Shown: positions 1 to 13,400 of the stretch, piece by piece | Layout: each line of letters begins with the position of its first letter | Position numbering within the stretch: position 1 is the first letter of the stretch | Assembly (NCBI GenBank): GCA_964247055.1 | Contig: OZ176053.1 | Span: forward strand, 6,944,001 to 7,008,000 | DNA: 64,000 nt | DNA from: Paragordius varius | Taxonomy: Eukaryota; Animalia; Nematomorpha | Direction of reading: 5' to 3' | Notes under the pieces: model-generated | Database searches by the model: none | What the model was told of the DNA's origin: nothing | The model's input: the letters and a program-made list of their open reading frames with translations, nothing else | Made by a program: the position numbers and the translations under genes

Positions 1-167
1 TTGCAATTCTCAAATTCACATATTTTTTAATCCTATTATGTGGAACAAAAATGGGGTGATGCCTCAATAAACGTGTATTTTTGCCTTATAATATTCATTA
101 TTTAAATTTTAAAAAGAGTGTGCTTTTTTATTTTTGACATTAAAATATTTTTTATTGATATTCATAG

Positions 168-1690
168 GGCGTGATGATTTGGACCCCATGGATCCGGCTG
201 CTTATTCGGATATACCAAGGTATGATATACTCAAATTTTTTTATGATTTAAATTAATATCTATTATATTTAATGTATTTGAGCCATAGATAAAAATTTAT
301 CAAACTTTTATGAATTTTTTTAAACAATTGATCTCAAATTATAACAAAAATATAAAATATGTTTATTAGATTATACAATTTTATATCTTATCTATAAATT
401 TAAAATGATATTTTTTGAACGTGCCAAGTTTTTAGATAAAAGTACCACGCGTTTTAAATTTCTTTTACAGCGTTAAATTCACACTAATAATTTTTTATCA
501 ATGCCAATACGATTTTTGACAGCGGAAAAAACAAGTTTTAAATGTTTCTAGTTTTAATTTTCATGTAATACGGATGCTAATCGTTGATATTAGCCATTCG
601 TGTAAATTAAAACACAGTTAACAATCAAATACATTTCGAATAGACACTTGAATATTAAAATCGGACGTTTCAAATTCACTCTTGAACATTTCAGAATAAT
701 GCTTTGCTAATCTACCCTAAAAATATATGTTTAATTTAACTTATATATGATAGTTTGGGGATATTTTATCTTTTTTATGTTTTATTACTGTATTTTCTGA
801 TTTTTTTTAAAAAATAAAAATATAGTTAATTTTTTATTTTAAGCTGGGCTATATGTTTATTCAAATATATCTTTTGCATCGTAACAAGGCATACAAAAAT
901 TACCTATATTTTTAATATACCATTTACAATTCAAATTCACCCTTGAACAATTCAAATTCACCCTATTATGTGTTTTCGAGCAAATATAACTCATTATTAA
1001 TACGAAATATATCTTTATTGCTTAGTTTATTATTTTTCAGTATTATTTTAATACAATCAAAATTTTATTTTTTGAAAATATGAGAATATATAAATATTTA
1101 ATCTTAAAAAACACATAATTTATTTTAGGGTAAATTTGAATTGTCAATGGTAAATTTAAATTGTTCAAGGGTTAATTTGAATTGTTTAAGGGGGGATTTG
1201 AAGTGTAAATGGTATGTTAAAAAAATGAAAACCTGAAAAAAACATTAAAATCGAACAATTAATATCATATATGAGGTAATTTAGCCCTTAAATACAATTT
1301 ATATTTAGGGTGATTTCGAAACATTTGAGGTTAAATCGTCAAGGGTCAATTTGAAGTGTTCAATGAATTTAATGTGTAAAATATATATTAAGTAGCATTA
1401 AGATAGACTAAATAAGTCCTTTGCCACGCAAAATTGTATAATAATGATTTATTTCACAAAAAAATATGGTCGATTTTCATTGTGATTGATTTAACGTAAA
1501 TATTAGAGGAACATGGAGTTCTGGGCTACATGGGGATGGAGAGGCCGTAACCGGCGTCGATCAAACAGCATCCGGGCCCTTGTTTCAAATGAGGCCTTAT
1601 CCAAGTCCCGGGGACATTCTTAAGAGGAAAGAAAAGGCACAAAAGTCAACAATATCTAAAAAGAAAAAACAGCAAAAACCACGACCCTAA
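168..1690 (+). CDS. PQBP1: Polyglutamine-binding protein 1, last two exons (168-219, 1507-1690); 5' part lies upstream of the window
   Basis: Spliced translation [17 protein letters not shown]|[43 protein letters not shown]...* matches the conserved PQBP1 C-terminus (DPMDP..YSD.PRGTWS and GPLFQ.RPYPSPG motifs); GT-AG phase-2 intron 220-1506. Confidence 0.9.
640..1380. mobile_element. Nested foldback/MITE (family A) in the PQBP1 intron; core about 916-1215
   Basis: Inverted arms with TATACCATTTA...TAAATGGTAT ends and 21-bp subrepeats TTCAAATTCACCCTTGAACAA; a second copy lies at 22473-22732. Confidence 0.65.
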
Positions 1691-1929
1691 AATATTACAT
1701 ATTTATGTATATGATTGATAAATTAAAAATATATTGATTTATATACATGTTGTATAAAGACAAAATTTGTTTTTAAACATTATTTTTTGTAAGTATATAC
1801 AATTCGGAATAAAATATAAAATGAATATTATATAATATTATGATGAATGCATGATATATCATAGAAGGACATTAATTTGAGATCATATAGCAAAGGATAT
1901 TATATTAACACTAATTTTTGAAATCTTTT

Positions 1930-4016
1930 TTATTTTGAATTATTAGTTTTAATTATGGGTGTAAAATAGCGCCATTCTTGTTTGATAGCATTTCGCATAT
2001 AACCATCATTAAAACTATTTTTGCCTGTTGCTATATTTGAAATAAATGGATTACTGGGATGGAAACTGTTCTTGCAATACGGAGTGTCATTAAAAAATTT
2101 ATTTTCTTTATTGCATTCTACTGTTTCATGTTCAATATTGGTTTGTGATTTGTGACTCTGGCACCAATCATTTAAATTTGTTATGGTTTGAAGTGGATAA
2201 GCCAAATCATTGTATTTTGAAAAATCTTGTTTTGTTGAATTGAAATTGTTATGGAGAGATGGTAAAAACTCCAATTCATTTGGTGTTTGGGGACTAAAGG
2301 CCGGGCTATTTAGCAATCTAAAAATTTTATTATTAGGTAAATATGTATATAAAACAGCAAAATAAAGCATACTCAAATTTTTTGGTTAAAAGTTCGGTTT
2401 CTGATGGAGAATCAAATTGTAATCGTCGTTTACACAAATGAGAATTGTTACCTAAGACATTATTTAAACGATACTATTTGTATTTTTCTCAATATAATGT
2501 AGTGCTGGGGGTTCCAAAAAGTCATTTTCATTGCATGTCAATTGTACTGGTGTATAGTCATTTTTTATGGACAACGTGGTTAGATTTATGTCCAGTGTGG
2601 GTTCATCATTTTGCGATAGAAGTTGATCCAAATATCCAGTGTGATTATTCATGCTATAAAAACTATTTTATATGTAATTTATTAGTATTATGATAAATGA
2701 AAATACCTTGTTTCAAGTCCACTATCGTTTGTAGAAACGGTGGTATTAGAATACATTTCACCATAATCGTCTGCTATAGTTTGATATTGATCATTGGTTA
2801 AATGGGTAATGTTTGATTCATTTAAATTAACATGTTCTTGCTGTTGACTTAAATATACAATGTTTTCAGTATTATTTGGAAAATTATTGTAATATATGGG
2901 CTCAAATGTTTGGATGACTATGTTTCCATCGTTTATGCTTTGATCATTAGCAATATAATCTTCATTCATAATTTCAACGTATTCATTCAAATTTTCGCTA
3001 TCTTTGTGTTCGTTTAAAATATATATAGTTGGATTTTCTGCAATTTCAATGGTTGTATAATCTAGCGGTTCAGCAAGTTTCGATTGAACAGAAAACTCAT
3101 TTGAAGAGCATCCGAAATCGTTTGTAGTAAATTCTAAACGCTTTTTACATGACTTTCCTTTGGGAATAGTGCCAGGAAGTATGGATTCAATCGCTTGTTC
3201 ACATTCATGTTTAATTTCATTTTTTGGCTTTCGTGTGCGTCTTTTGGGTATCGTTGCCCTAAATTTACATAAAATTTTAACTTTTCGGCCCCTTTTGTTG
3301 GAGTTAATTGTAGAGAGGGGTCATTTAATAAATATTCTATATAAATTAAAAAGTGTACTAGATTCTCCAAAATCATATCTCGGTACATTGTTAACAACGC
3401 GATTACTAAACCACAAATCTTCCAACACTTTTGAAGGGTTTACAGTATTACATTTGCGTTTCCTATCAATATATTATTAATGTACCTTAGAGTTTGTTGT
3501 TGAATATAATGTCCATAAACCGCTTCAACAATGTTCCATTCCATGCAATTACTATTAAATTCTACATAATCAAGGTATATGTTGTTTTCTGTAGCTTTAC
3601 TGTGCAAAAATTCTAGTATTTATATTGAATTTATACTTTTATTTTCTAACAATGCCTGACACTCTTTTCTAAGTTTTTGAATGATGGACGTCGAAATTTC
3701 CAAAATTTGTTTCTAATACGGTACAATTAGTCAAGTTAAAATAGAATTTTGTCATTAGTCAACTTAAAAAAGGTGTAATGAACTCTAAGTTCATTACACC
3801 CTAACGTTAGAGAGGTTATTTACACTTTAAGGGCATGTATAATACTGGCTTAAAATTTACCTTGGTTAAACGACCTGAAATAGGAGGAATCATCGAATTT
3901 ACCTTCATAATATCAATTAAGGAATTATAATGATTACGACGATTATCTCTCCATTTTTTGTCTGCATCTTTATGCCTTTGGGATCGAATATATGGGCTTA
4001 GTTGTTTAGTTCTCAT
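1930..4016 (-). CDS. Atypical bHLH transcription factor, 9 exons, 574 aa (4016-3861, 3712-3637, 3612-3486, 3462-3359, 3336-3282, 3258-2707, 2662-2475, 2451-2373, 2317-1930)
   Basis: All eight GT-AG introns (148, 24, 23, 22, 23, 44, 23, 55 nt) keep one frame that joins several separate ORF-track fragments. N-terminus RSQRHKDADKKWRDNRRNHYNSLIDIMK...GRLTK|KQILEISTSIIQKLRKEC has basic-helix-loop-helix spacing; the C-terminal part is low-complexity (N/T/E/S). Confidence 0.75.
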
Positions 4017-4608
4017 CAAAAAAAAATTATTTTAAAAAATCGTTTGGGGAAATATAGCAATATGTCAAAATCAGACGATAATAATGAACCGATTAGTTAA
4101 CGGATTTTTTCGTTTTTAGGTTCATATTTATTATTTTTAAATTTGTTTATAATCTTTTGTTATTTCTGTATTCGTCAAAATATATTGGCACGTTCCCTTA
4201 ATCAACTATTTCTCTTTTTTTAAATACATTTAATTATTGCAGAATTATATATTTCATACATTTACTAACGAAACTTTTATACTTATTAAAATTAAAAATT
4301 ATGATTAATGATGGATGAATGGATACAAATTAATTATTTAGTACGATTGTTTTTTTTTCATAAAAATATAGACAATAAGACTACGAAAACCTTTTACATA
4401 GTTCACCAATACAGTTAATGTTTTAATTTATAATATTTGACATTCAAATGAACTATTAAAACAAAGTACAACAAACAATGTATCGTTTACCCAAAAAATG
4501 TTTATAGATTTTGACATTTATGCAATTTAAAAACAAAATAAAAATGTTTTTGAAGGTTCATATCAACTTATATACTAATTTATATAAACCTCATGTTTGA
4601 ATTTCCAA

Positions 4609-5850
4609 TCACTTTTTCATATTGTGTATCCATTTACATAAATGCGTTAAATGTTCGATTCCCAGTACTTGTGCAGCTTTTTCCACCTTTTTAAAGCGTT
4701 CTGAATTGGGATCCAATTCATCGAATTGAGATGTGTAAATAAATTTTTGTAAAAGAACAAATGTATCTTGATCAATTTCCATTTTTTCTGAAGGTAGTAT
4801 ATGAATTGTGCCTGGAGGCATCGCATTTTTATCCGAAAATAAATTTTCGAAATAATCGCTATTGATTATATTAAGTATAACTACAAAACCCAAAAACATG
4901 TCTTTTCCAAAATAATAAAATATATTGTTATTTAAAGTCGTCTGTTTTTTTATATGATGTGGTATTCCAGACCCGTAAAAACTTTACGCTCGACTGCCAC
5001 TCTGGACTGACAATGGTTATCAAAATATTACAGCATTATTAGATTCTAACCAATATACCCCCCACATAGTACTAGTTGGATATTTTAATCAGATTTTTAA
5101 AAGATATAAATTGATTGCGATTTAATAAACGTGAATGTCTATTATATGAAATTTAACAGGCTGGCTGAAGCCAATGGCTAAAATATTCACGAAAGTACAG
5201 GATAAAGGGCCGTTATTTAATTGTCTTTTAATTTAAAAATCCCTTTTTTCCCGAAAAATACATTGTTCCGCCATGTGCCGGAACTCTGAATTTATTTTCA
5301 ATGGTAAAATACACTCATCTTAACTTTTAACTCTTTAACATATTGTGGTTCATCTTAATTCAACTGGTATCTGTGAAATTGGTGTCATATAAGATACTTA
5401 TTATATTACCTGTGGAGAGAGTAAAATAGCTTGTGCCCACCAAATATCTTATTTTCCACTTTAATGAATATATCTGGATTAAGGATGTTGCCATCATCCC
5501 ATAAATACTGAGTTAATGTCTGGAGTTTCCGCAATTTGCCTGAAAATAAAGTATTGTTCATTGAGGCTCTTCTTGATAATATTTTGAATATATATTGAGT
5601 TACATATGTGAGTATGCTTTTAAAAAATAGAAGTATTCTATTAAATTAGCTGTATTATATTTTTTATTTTATTTTTACGGTTTAATGTTTTATTTAATAA
5701 TATATGGTTTAAGCATGTAAATGGATCACAACCATATCCAGATATTTCCAATAATTCGGAGCCAATTTTTATTTTTTTATGGCTAATTACATTTCAAGGG
5801 TAATTTCTGTAACACCTTTGAAAACAATCAATGTTAATCTCCATATATTC
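4609..5850 (-). CDS. BTB/POZ-domain protein with at least two BTB-like segments; exon structure only partly resolved, 5' end possibly near 6046
   Basis: Terminal exon NNIFYYFGKDMFLGFVVILNIINSDYFENLFSD...TFVLLQKFIYT...VEKAAQVLGIEHLTHLC* is BTB-like; an upstream segment YLWDDGNILNPDIFIKVENKIFGGHKLFY (about 5510-5410) is a BTB N-terminus. The middle exons could not be joined unambiguously. Confidence 0.6.
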
Positions 5851-6661
5851 CTTAACCACTTAACAACCAAATCTATATTCCATATTTTCTGGATATTATT
5901 GGGTTATAAATTATACATTGTTGAAGAATTTAAAAAATTTTGAATTTTTCTTGGCGTTGCTATCAAATTTACCAGACTTTTTTAAATAAGATTGATTTTA
6001 AATTATCTTAAATATAATCAATATCGATATCATAAAAATTGCTCATCTTTAAAGTTAAATTATAATTTAATTGTTACATGGGGCGCCAAATAAAATTTTA
6101 TAAATTTATATACCATTCTCATGCTAATAAATTAGAACATATTGGTTCAAAAATTAAAGGGAAAGGACAATAAATTGAGTTATCCTATTTTTCCAATTTA
6201 AAATCACATATGATAAAGTTTTATTTATTTAATAACTCTAAATTATATATTTATGAATGCAAAATCAGATAATTTTTCAAGATTTTTTTAACGAAGAATA
6301 TCGTTATTTCAATTCTAGTCGTTAATGAAATTCCTTATATTTTACACAAAAATATTTATATTTAAGATATAAATTTCCGAAATTTAACGAAGTAATATTA
6401 AAACATTATCCAACCCGATGAAAAATCATATCTGTCATCGACTCAAATTATTATTTCAAAAATTCATTCTCAATTTTTAGCTGAAATAAAAGTTTAGCCA
6501 ATTCATATTTTAATTAATCATAAAAACTGCAAAAATGAGGTTACCTGTTAATTTATTTATTTATAAAATTTCGGATGGTTGTCCTACAAAACGTATCTTA
6601 ATTTTTCATTTGATTTACCTGCTTGATCACCATAGGCTAGGGAATTTATTTATAATTTAAT

Positions 6662-7587
6662 ATGCATCTATTTCAAATTTTTATATATTTTTTGCTTCTT
6701 GTAGGATGTATCCTCTTATCCCCAATTTATTGTCAAATTCATCTAACGCCATTTTTAGAGAAAAAGATTATTACATCGGTAAATGAAGGATATGTCGGTT
6801 GTTTTGCACAAGTAACACAATTTATTACATAGGTTAAGTCGTTTTTGACAATTTTTTATATGAATTGCGCTTTCCCAATTTTATTTTTTGATTAAACGAC
6901 TTGGATGAAAGAATAAATCCAATTTTAAGCAATCTAATATACTATAAAAAGAACAATTAATGTAAATATAAATATATTTTCTATCTAAAAATTAAAATTA
7001 TAATTTTAAAACATTAAGACGTATATTTTGAAACTTTAAAATATATGATTATATCACCGTACATTTCTACTTCATCCAATATAAAACAATTATGATTTTA
7101 ATTCAAGTTAAAAAATACATCGGTCTTTTGAAACAAAAATATTGTTTTTATATTTTTACGTTTTGTCCGTATAATTTCAATTTTTACTGTATAAATGTTT
7201 AAACTTTTCAAATAATTATTGTTTTGACTTACAAAAAAGCTCTTACATTTTTGCGATATAGTTATATGGTGGTGATGTTTTAGCAACAAATATCAAATAC
7301 ATTTTAAATGAAGCCCCACCCGCTTTTGATGTCAGTAAAGAAGGGAAATTGTGCACAAAAAGTCCGCTTAGCTATGGCATGCAAGCGCAATACAAATTCC
7401 AAGCCCTGGTCAAAAATGATTGGTTGAAAAGTGCTTTGTCGGATATCATAGTGACTCTCATATTTTTCTTCAAAAACAATTGCTAAAAAATTATATATTC
7501 ATTTTTTCATTATTATTTTTCTAACATAATATATTAATTAGTTAGTAACATTTTTTGGATTTTTATTAATAAATATGGAACTGAATC

Positions 7588-7633
<46 letters not shown>

Positions 7634-10443
7634 TATATGTGCATGACAGGTTAATGTTAAAAAGTTATTGTTTAAACCGCCCATCTTTGAGAAAGAAACT
7701 TACGTGATTGAAGTTACTACAGACATTGCGATCAAGAAAACAATACTACAGGTAACGTGTGTGTGTATGAATAATGATGATTTATATTAATGGTAAACAT
7801 GTAAATTCTTTAAATTTGAAATAAAAGAGTCAATAGTTATTTCTATTTGTATAAGTGCCGTTATTCATACATTATATTTGTGTATAATTTTTTTGTGATA
7901 AAATTGATACACACGCGAGGAAATATACCATTTCCACTTCAAGTTTGTACATTAAGCCATTATAGAAAAGGCACCAACTAGAAATGTAAAAATGTTCATC
8001 TTGAAGTGAGTGATGGTATACAATGCGGAATAATTTAGTTATTAATTTTTTCGCACATCATATTTAATGGAAAAAATATTAATTAATGTATAGGTTTTAG
8101 CCAAATCTCAAGATACAATCAATCCATCAGCAATCTTTTATGTGTTAGAGTCTGCCCCTTTGTCCATCGGTCTTAACCAATTAACGGGGGAAATATTTTT
8201 GCTTAAAACATTGAAAAGAAGTCAATCATTGGAAATTAAATTTAAGGTTGTCGCCAAAGAAGGAAACGCCACCTCAACTACAACCGTTACCATTAATTTA
8301 GTGCGAAAAGTATATCAAGATTTATTTTTACATAAATTTTGCCAAAGAAATAACCGGGTATATAGGCTAATTTAACAATGTTTTCTTGAAACTTATTTGG
8401 CTTATTTTATTGCTGTTAATTCGATCTTATCTGTTAAATTTAACACGCCACCTTTCTACTTTTAAAATATCCATTCATATATTAGATTTATATATTTTAC
8501 GAATGTTATTATGTTAAAAAACGGTTCTATATGCAATAATACATTGGAATAATGATTTGAAATCTAACAAATACAATTAACAAGAAAATCATTATAAACC
8601 CAAAACTATTAGACAAAATAGAGAAAATTGATTTCAAAAAACGCAATATTTTATGCGATAATTTTTTTTAAAATAAATAAAAATTTAATTATACTATATT
8701 ATAAAGTATAAGTTCTGTAAAAAAATATTTTGATGAATAGGTAAATGTTTTTCCTCCTCAAGTGACTGTGGTGTCCTCCTTGTTTAAATGTTTATCTACC
8801 AACGATAACACCCCGACAGTTGGTTCCGATAAATGCCCGCGTAAATTTATTATTTTTTGATTTTTTAATCACGCTGGATATTTTTTATTTAATATTTACT
8901 AACCGGCCCTATATTTACGATTTAATCGCTAATTCACTAAGAAAGCAGATACGAAATTATACATGTTGCAAATCGAACTTAACCTATTTCGAAATTATTT
9001 TTTTGAATATTAAATTTAATTTAGTTTGATCATTTGAGGATTTAAATACAGTCCCATTACCGTATAATCTAGAATATGCATAAATACTATACCATTTCCC
9101 AGTCTAAATAAACGTTTTCCCAATAAATCAAATTTTTCCCAGTCAATCGAAACGTTTTCCCAGTCAATCGAAACATTTTCCCAGTCAATCGAAACGTTTT
9201 CTCAGTCAATCGAAACATTTTCCCAGTCAATAAAAACGGTTTTATTTTTGATGATAAATATCAAAACAAGACATAAAAATAACTTTTAACCATTATCAGC
9301 GTAATAGGATATTATTTTTTATAAAAACACAATTATTAAATGACAATTTTCCAAGTATATTCCAGTGCACAATCATTAATGACTTATTCTTTAAAAATTA
9401 TATTTTTGGAATTTGAGATGTTTTTAAGATAAAATTTTTTATTTTATTGATGGTTCGCATTAATATTTGCCGAACGCTTCAAAACAGTTTTTAAACATTT
9501 CAAGTTTTTCTATAAAAATACTGTCGGAAAAAATATCTAAACAAAAAATTTTTTTGATAAAAATGTTTTTGATTTAAAAATATTTAATAAAAAGATATTT
9601 GACTAAAACAGGGGTGTTTAACCAAATGGCTTCGCGGGCCGCATTACTCAAAAAGCACGGCGTTCCGTTCGATATATTTCATGAATAATTTTTCGATTAG
9701 ACATACTGTAAAATACAAAAATATAACAATTTTTTTTAATTTGTTACCAATTTAACAGATTCATTTATTATAATTGCGTAAATTTGAATATTACCAAGAT
9801 TTAGTGATTTTTGCATATGGATTTCTAAATTTTTAGCGAGCCGCACAAAGATACTCGGCAGGCCGCGTTGGCACCCGATAAACCAAATGATAAATATTAG
9901 AAAATTAGGGTAAAATTTATGTTTAATATCCAATATGAGGTGTTAAATGACTTTTGAGATAAAAATGGTATATTTTTATAAATTTTATTATTTCATCCGT
10001 AATAGACTTTATAATTTAGTTGCAGATATTGATGCGAACCATCAATAAAATAAAAAATTTTATCTGAAAAACAACCAAATTCCAAAAATATAACTTTTAA
10101 AGAATAAGTCATTAATGATTGTGCACTGGAATATATTGGAAAATTGTCATTCAATAAATCTGTTTTTATAAAAAATACTATCCTAATATTACTCTGATAA
10201 TGGTTAAAAGTTATTTTTATGTCTTGTTTTGATATTTATCATCAAAAATAAAACCGTTATGTTTTTATTGACTGGGAAAATGTTTCGATTTACTGAGAAA
10301 ACGTTTTGATTGACTGGGAAAATGTTTCAATTGACTGGGAAAACGTTTCGATTGACTGGGAAAACGTTTTGATTGATTGGGAAAATGTTTCGATTGCAGT
10401 GGCGTACCGAGCATTTGCGGCGCCCGGGGCATAAAACTTTATT

Positions 10444-10478
<35 letters not shown>

Positions 10479-13400
10479 CCCCCTTTTAAAAAAGCCAATA
10501 AAACAATTTAGTAAAAAAAATACAAACGTTGTAACCTAAACACCATAGATAAGACAGCACAGTCATATAAATTTTAAATCTATTAAATATATATATATAT
10601 ATATTTATATGATACTAAATTTATTCATTTTTAAATACATAAATATTCTAATGAATTCTATAATATGGAAATTATATATAAAAATAATGTTTTAGTTGTA
10701 TATATCTTATCATTTGAAAATTCTTATTATTTTTGTATTAAAATTTAATTTTAAAATATCATTTAGGCGCCCCTAAATAACGGCGCCCGGGGCATGATGC
10801 ACCCCCTTGCCCCCCCCTCGGTACGCCCCTGTTCGATTGACTGGGAAAACGTTTATTTAGACTGGGAAATGGTATATATTGTTTTTAAAAAAATCTAATT
10901 TCGAACAACATCTAAATTTCGACCTTTAAATTAAGATTTTACTGGATATATATATATATATATATATATAATGCACATTTAGGCTGGTTTATTCATATTA
11001 TTGTTGGTCAATTTGTAACAAAAGAAATTTTATCCATAATTAAAACAAAAGGAAAATATAACGATAAAGGATAATTAAATAGAATTAAATGAAATTATAA
11101 ATAGAAATTATAAACGATATGTGAAACCCTTCGTCAATAGTAATCGCAGACTAGTTTCGTGCTTGTTAGCACTCATCAGTACGACACAACTATTTGACTT
11201 GGGGTTTTCACATATCGATTTCGTATATATATCCAACTTTGCAATTTTGGTATAAATGCAGTTGGTTATACGAATTAAAATTAAATTTTAATGTAATTTA
11301 TGAATATTAAACTGAAAATTTGAAAATAAACTGAAAATTAACTCTAGGGGTGAGCCTAGATTTAGAGATAGCTACTTAGGGATTTCATAGAAATCAATTT
11401 AATAACTAAGAGTGCTAACAAGCACGAAACTAGTCTGCGATTACTATTGACGAAGGGTTTCACATATCGTTTATAATTTCTATTTATAATTTCATTTAAT
11501 TCTATTTAATTATCCTTTATCGTTATATTACGGATTTTAAAAACTGTTATTACAAAACATAACCAATCCGTTCATTACCATTACAAAAGGAAAATATGTT
11601 TGATTTCTACACTATGTTGTTTTTTTCATACACTACTGTGTTGCCAACCACCTTGTAAATAAGCCGGCCGGCACAAATGTGCATACGATATGTAAAATTA
11701 ATAACTTTTTAGAACAAATTAGTTTGATCGAGGATACAGCTATCGATACCCTGATAGCACAAGTAAATGCTACGGATCCAGACCCTATGCCGGGATCTGG
11801 CCTGCAGTACACACTAAGCGGAATGAAATGTAAGCAGAAACAAAAATCACAAGATTGCTACAAAATAAGCCCGGATGGAAGAGTTACACTAAGTGCAAGC
11901 CTAAATTCCGCTACAAAATCTCAATATACGCTAGTTGTGGAGGTTGGGGATCAAGGAAATCCACCCCTGTTTACCCAACAGCCCTTGTACATTGCCATAA
12001 CGCCTAAGGAAAAACTATTGGTCAGTGTATTAAAATTTAAATAGATTATTAGAAGCACGCATAATATATTTTTGATAACTTTATTAAAACAAATTATTGA
12101 AGAATGTGGTATACATTATAAGAAAAACCTAAACAAGTTTTATTTTTAGTTCAACAAATATTGTAATCGAAAATTTATGTTTTACTTATATCAATTATTG
12201 CTGAATTTCTTTATTTTCAATTATTATATGTTAAACGATTATAAAGACAATTTTATACTTTTAATTTTTAAACGATAAGAAAAGTGTTGAAATATGAAAT
12301 TTGTAAAAGAGTCCTTAAGTTTATCATTAGTTTGTCTCCATTTACAATGGAAAGGTATAAACATTATATACAGTAACGAGCACTATTTATGGGCCACATC
12401 TGTATTTTAAATGACTAAAAAAGTATTAAATTTACATATAAAGTATGCATTTTAATGGTTGCTATTTTCACACTATAGGGCAATTTGCAACACAGGAGTG
12501 TATGGAAAAAAGAAAGGAAATAATTGTATATTCAACATTTTGTTGTTTTTCCATACTTTACTGTGTTCCAAATTGCCCTACTATAGTGTGAAATAAGCAA
12601 CCATTATAATGCATAATGTAAATAGCCATTTTTAAGAATTTTCGTATAAGTTATATTTTTGAGAATTGTAAAAAAATAATGTTAAAATTTGATGCTTGGA
12701 AACAGACGTGTAAATTTACACTTTTAGCCATTTAAAATACAGATATAGCCTATAATAATCCTCGTTACTGTAATTGCTCTATCGTTTAGAAATTAATAAG
12801 TGCCCCTTTCTATGGTGTGTATGTTGGGACACAACCTGGTGCAATAGTTGCCAACATATATGTGGATGCCACATATCCTGAATCGATAAAAATTAATCAA
12901 ATACCCCTAGAATCAACGGGTGGATCTGCTAAAACCACAACTCAAACAGACAACCAAAATGTTTTTAAATATGATGCGGATAAAAAAGCTGTAATTTTAG
13001 CCAAGCCCATACCCTCCAGTGCTTACCATGAAAAAATTAGATTAAAGGGTATCCAAGCTAGCCCGCTCAAGGAAACTGACATAACGTTAGAAATGTTTTC
13101 GTATGATCGGGAAGGTAATTTTTTTATCCCTATAATAATAATGTAGAAAAGGTATATTTATTGCATTGATGTAATAGCTTAATATAATTCAGCCGTATTC
13201 GATTGCCATTTACAAATATGTTTTCGGAATTGAATTCGTTTTTTTTAAAAAACGTTTTTAAAACACTAATCAAGTTTCATACAACATTTTTAGCTGAAAT
13301 GGTGATCGCTGAAGCTATTGATAAATTGGATACTGTGGCATGTGCTCTTGTCGCAATATTTATAATTGGAATCTTGTGTGGAATTGGATATTATGGGTAC

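Noticed and set aside
3310-3330. Apparent in-frame TGA readthrough in the bHLH gene
   Set aside because: Two mini-introns (3337-3358, 3259-3281) bypass the TGA with consistent phases.
9130-9235. 21-bp tandem repeats resembling iterons or CRISPR repeats
   Set aside because: Directly abutting subterminal repeats of a foldback element, mirrored in the opposite arm.
11410-11450. Second, sense-strand hammerhead
   Set aside because: Lacks the CUGAUGA core (CTAAGA) and has no 5' strand for stem I; predicted inactive.
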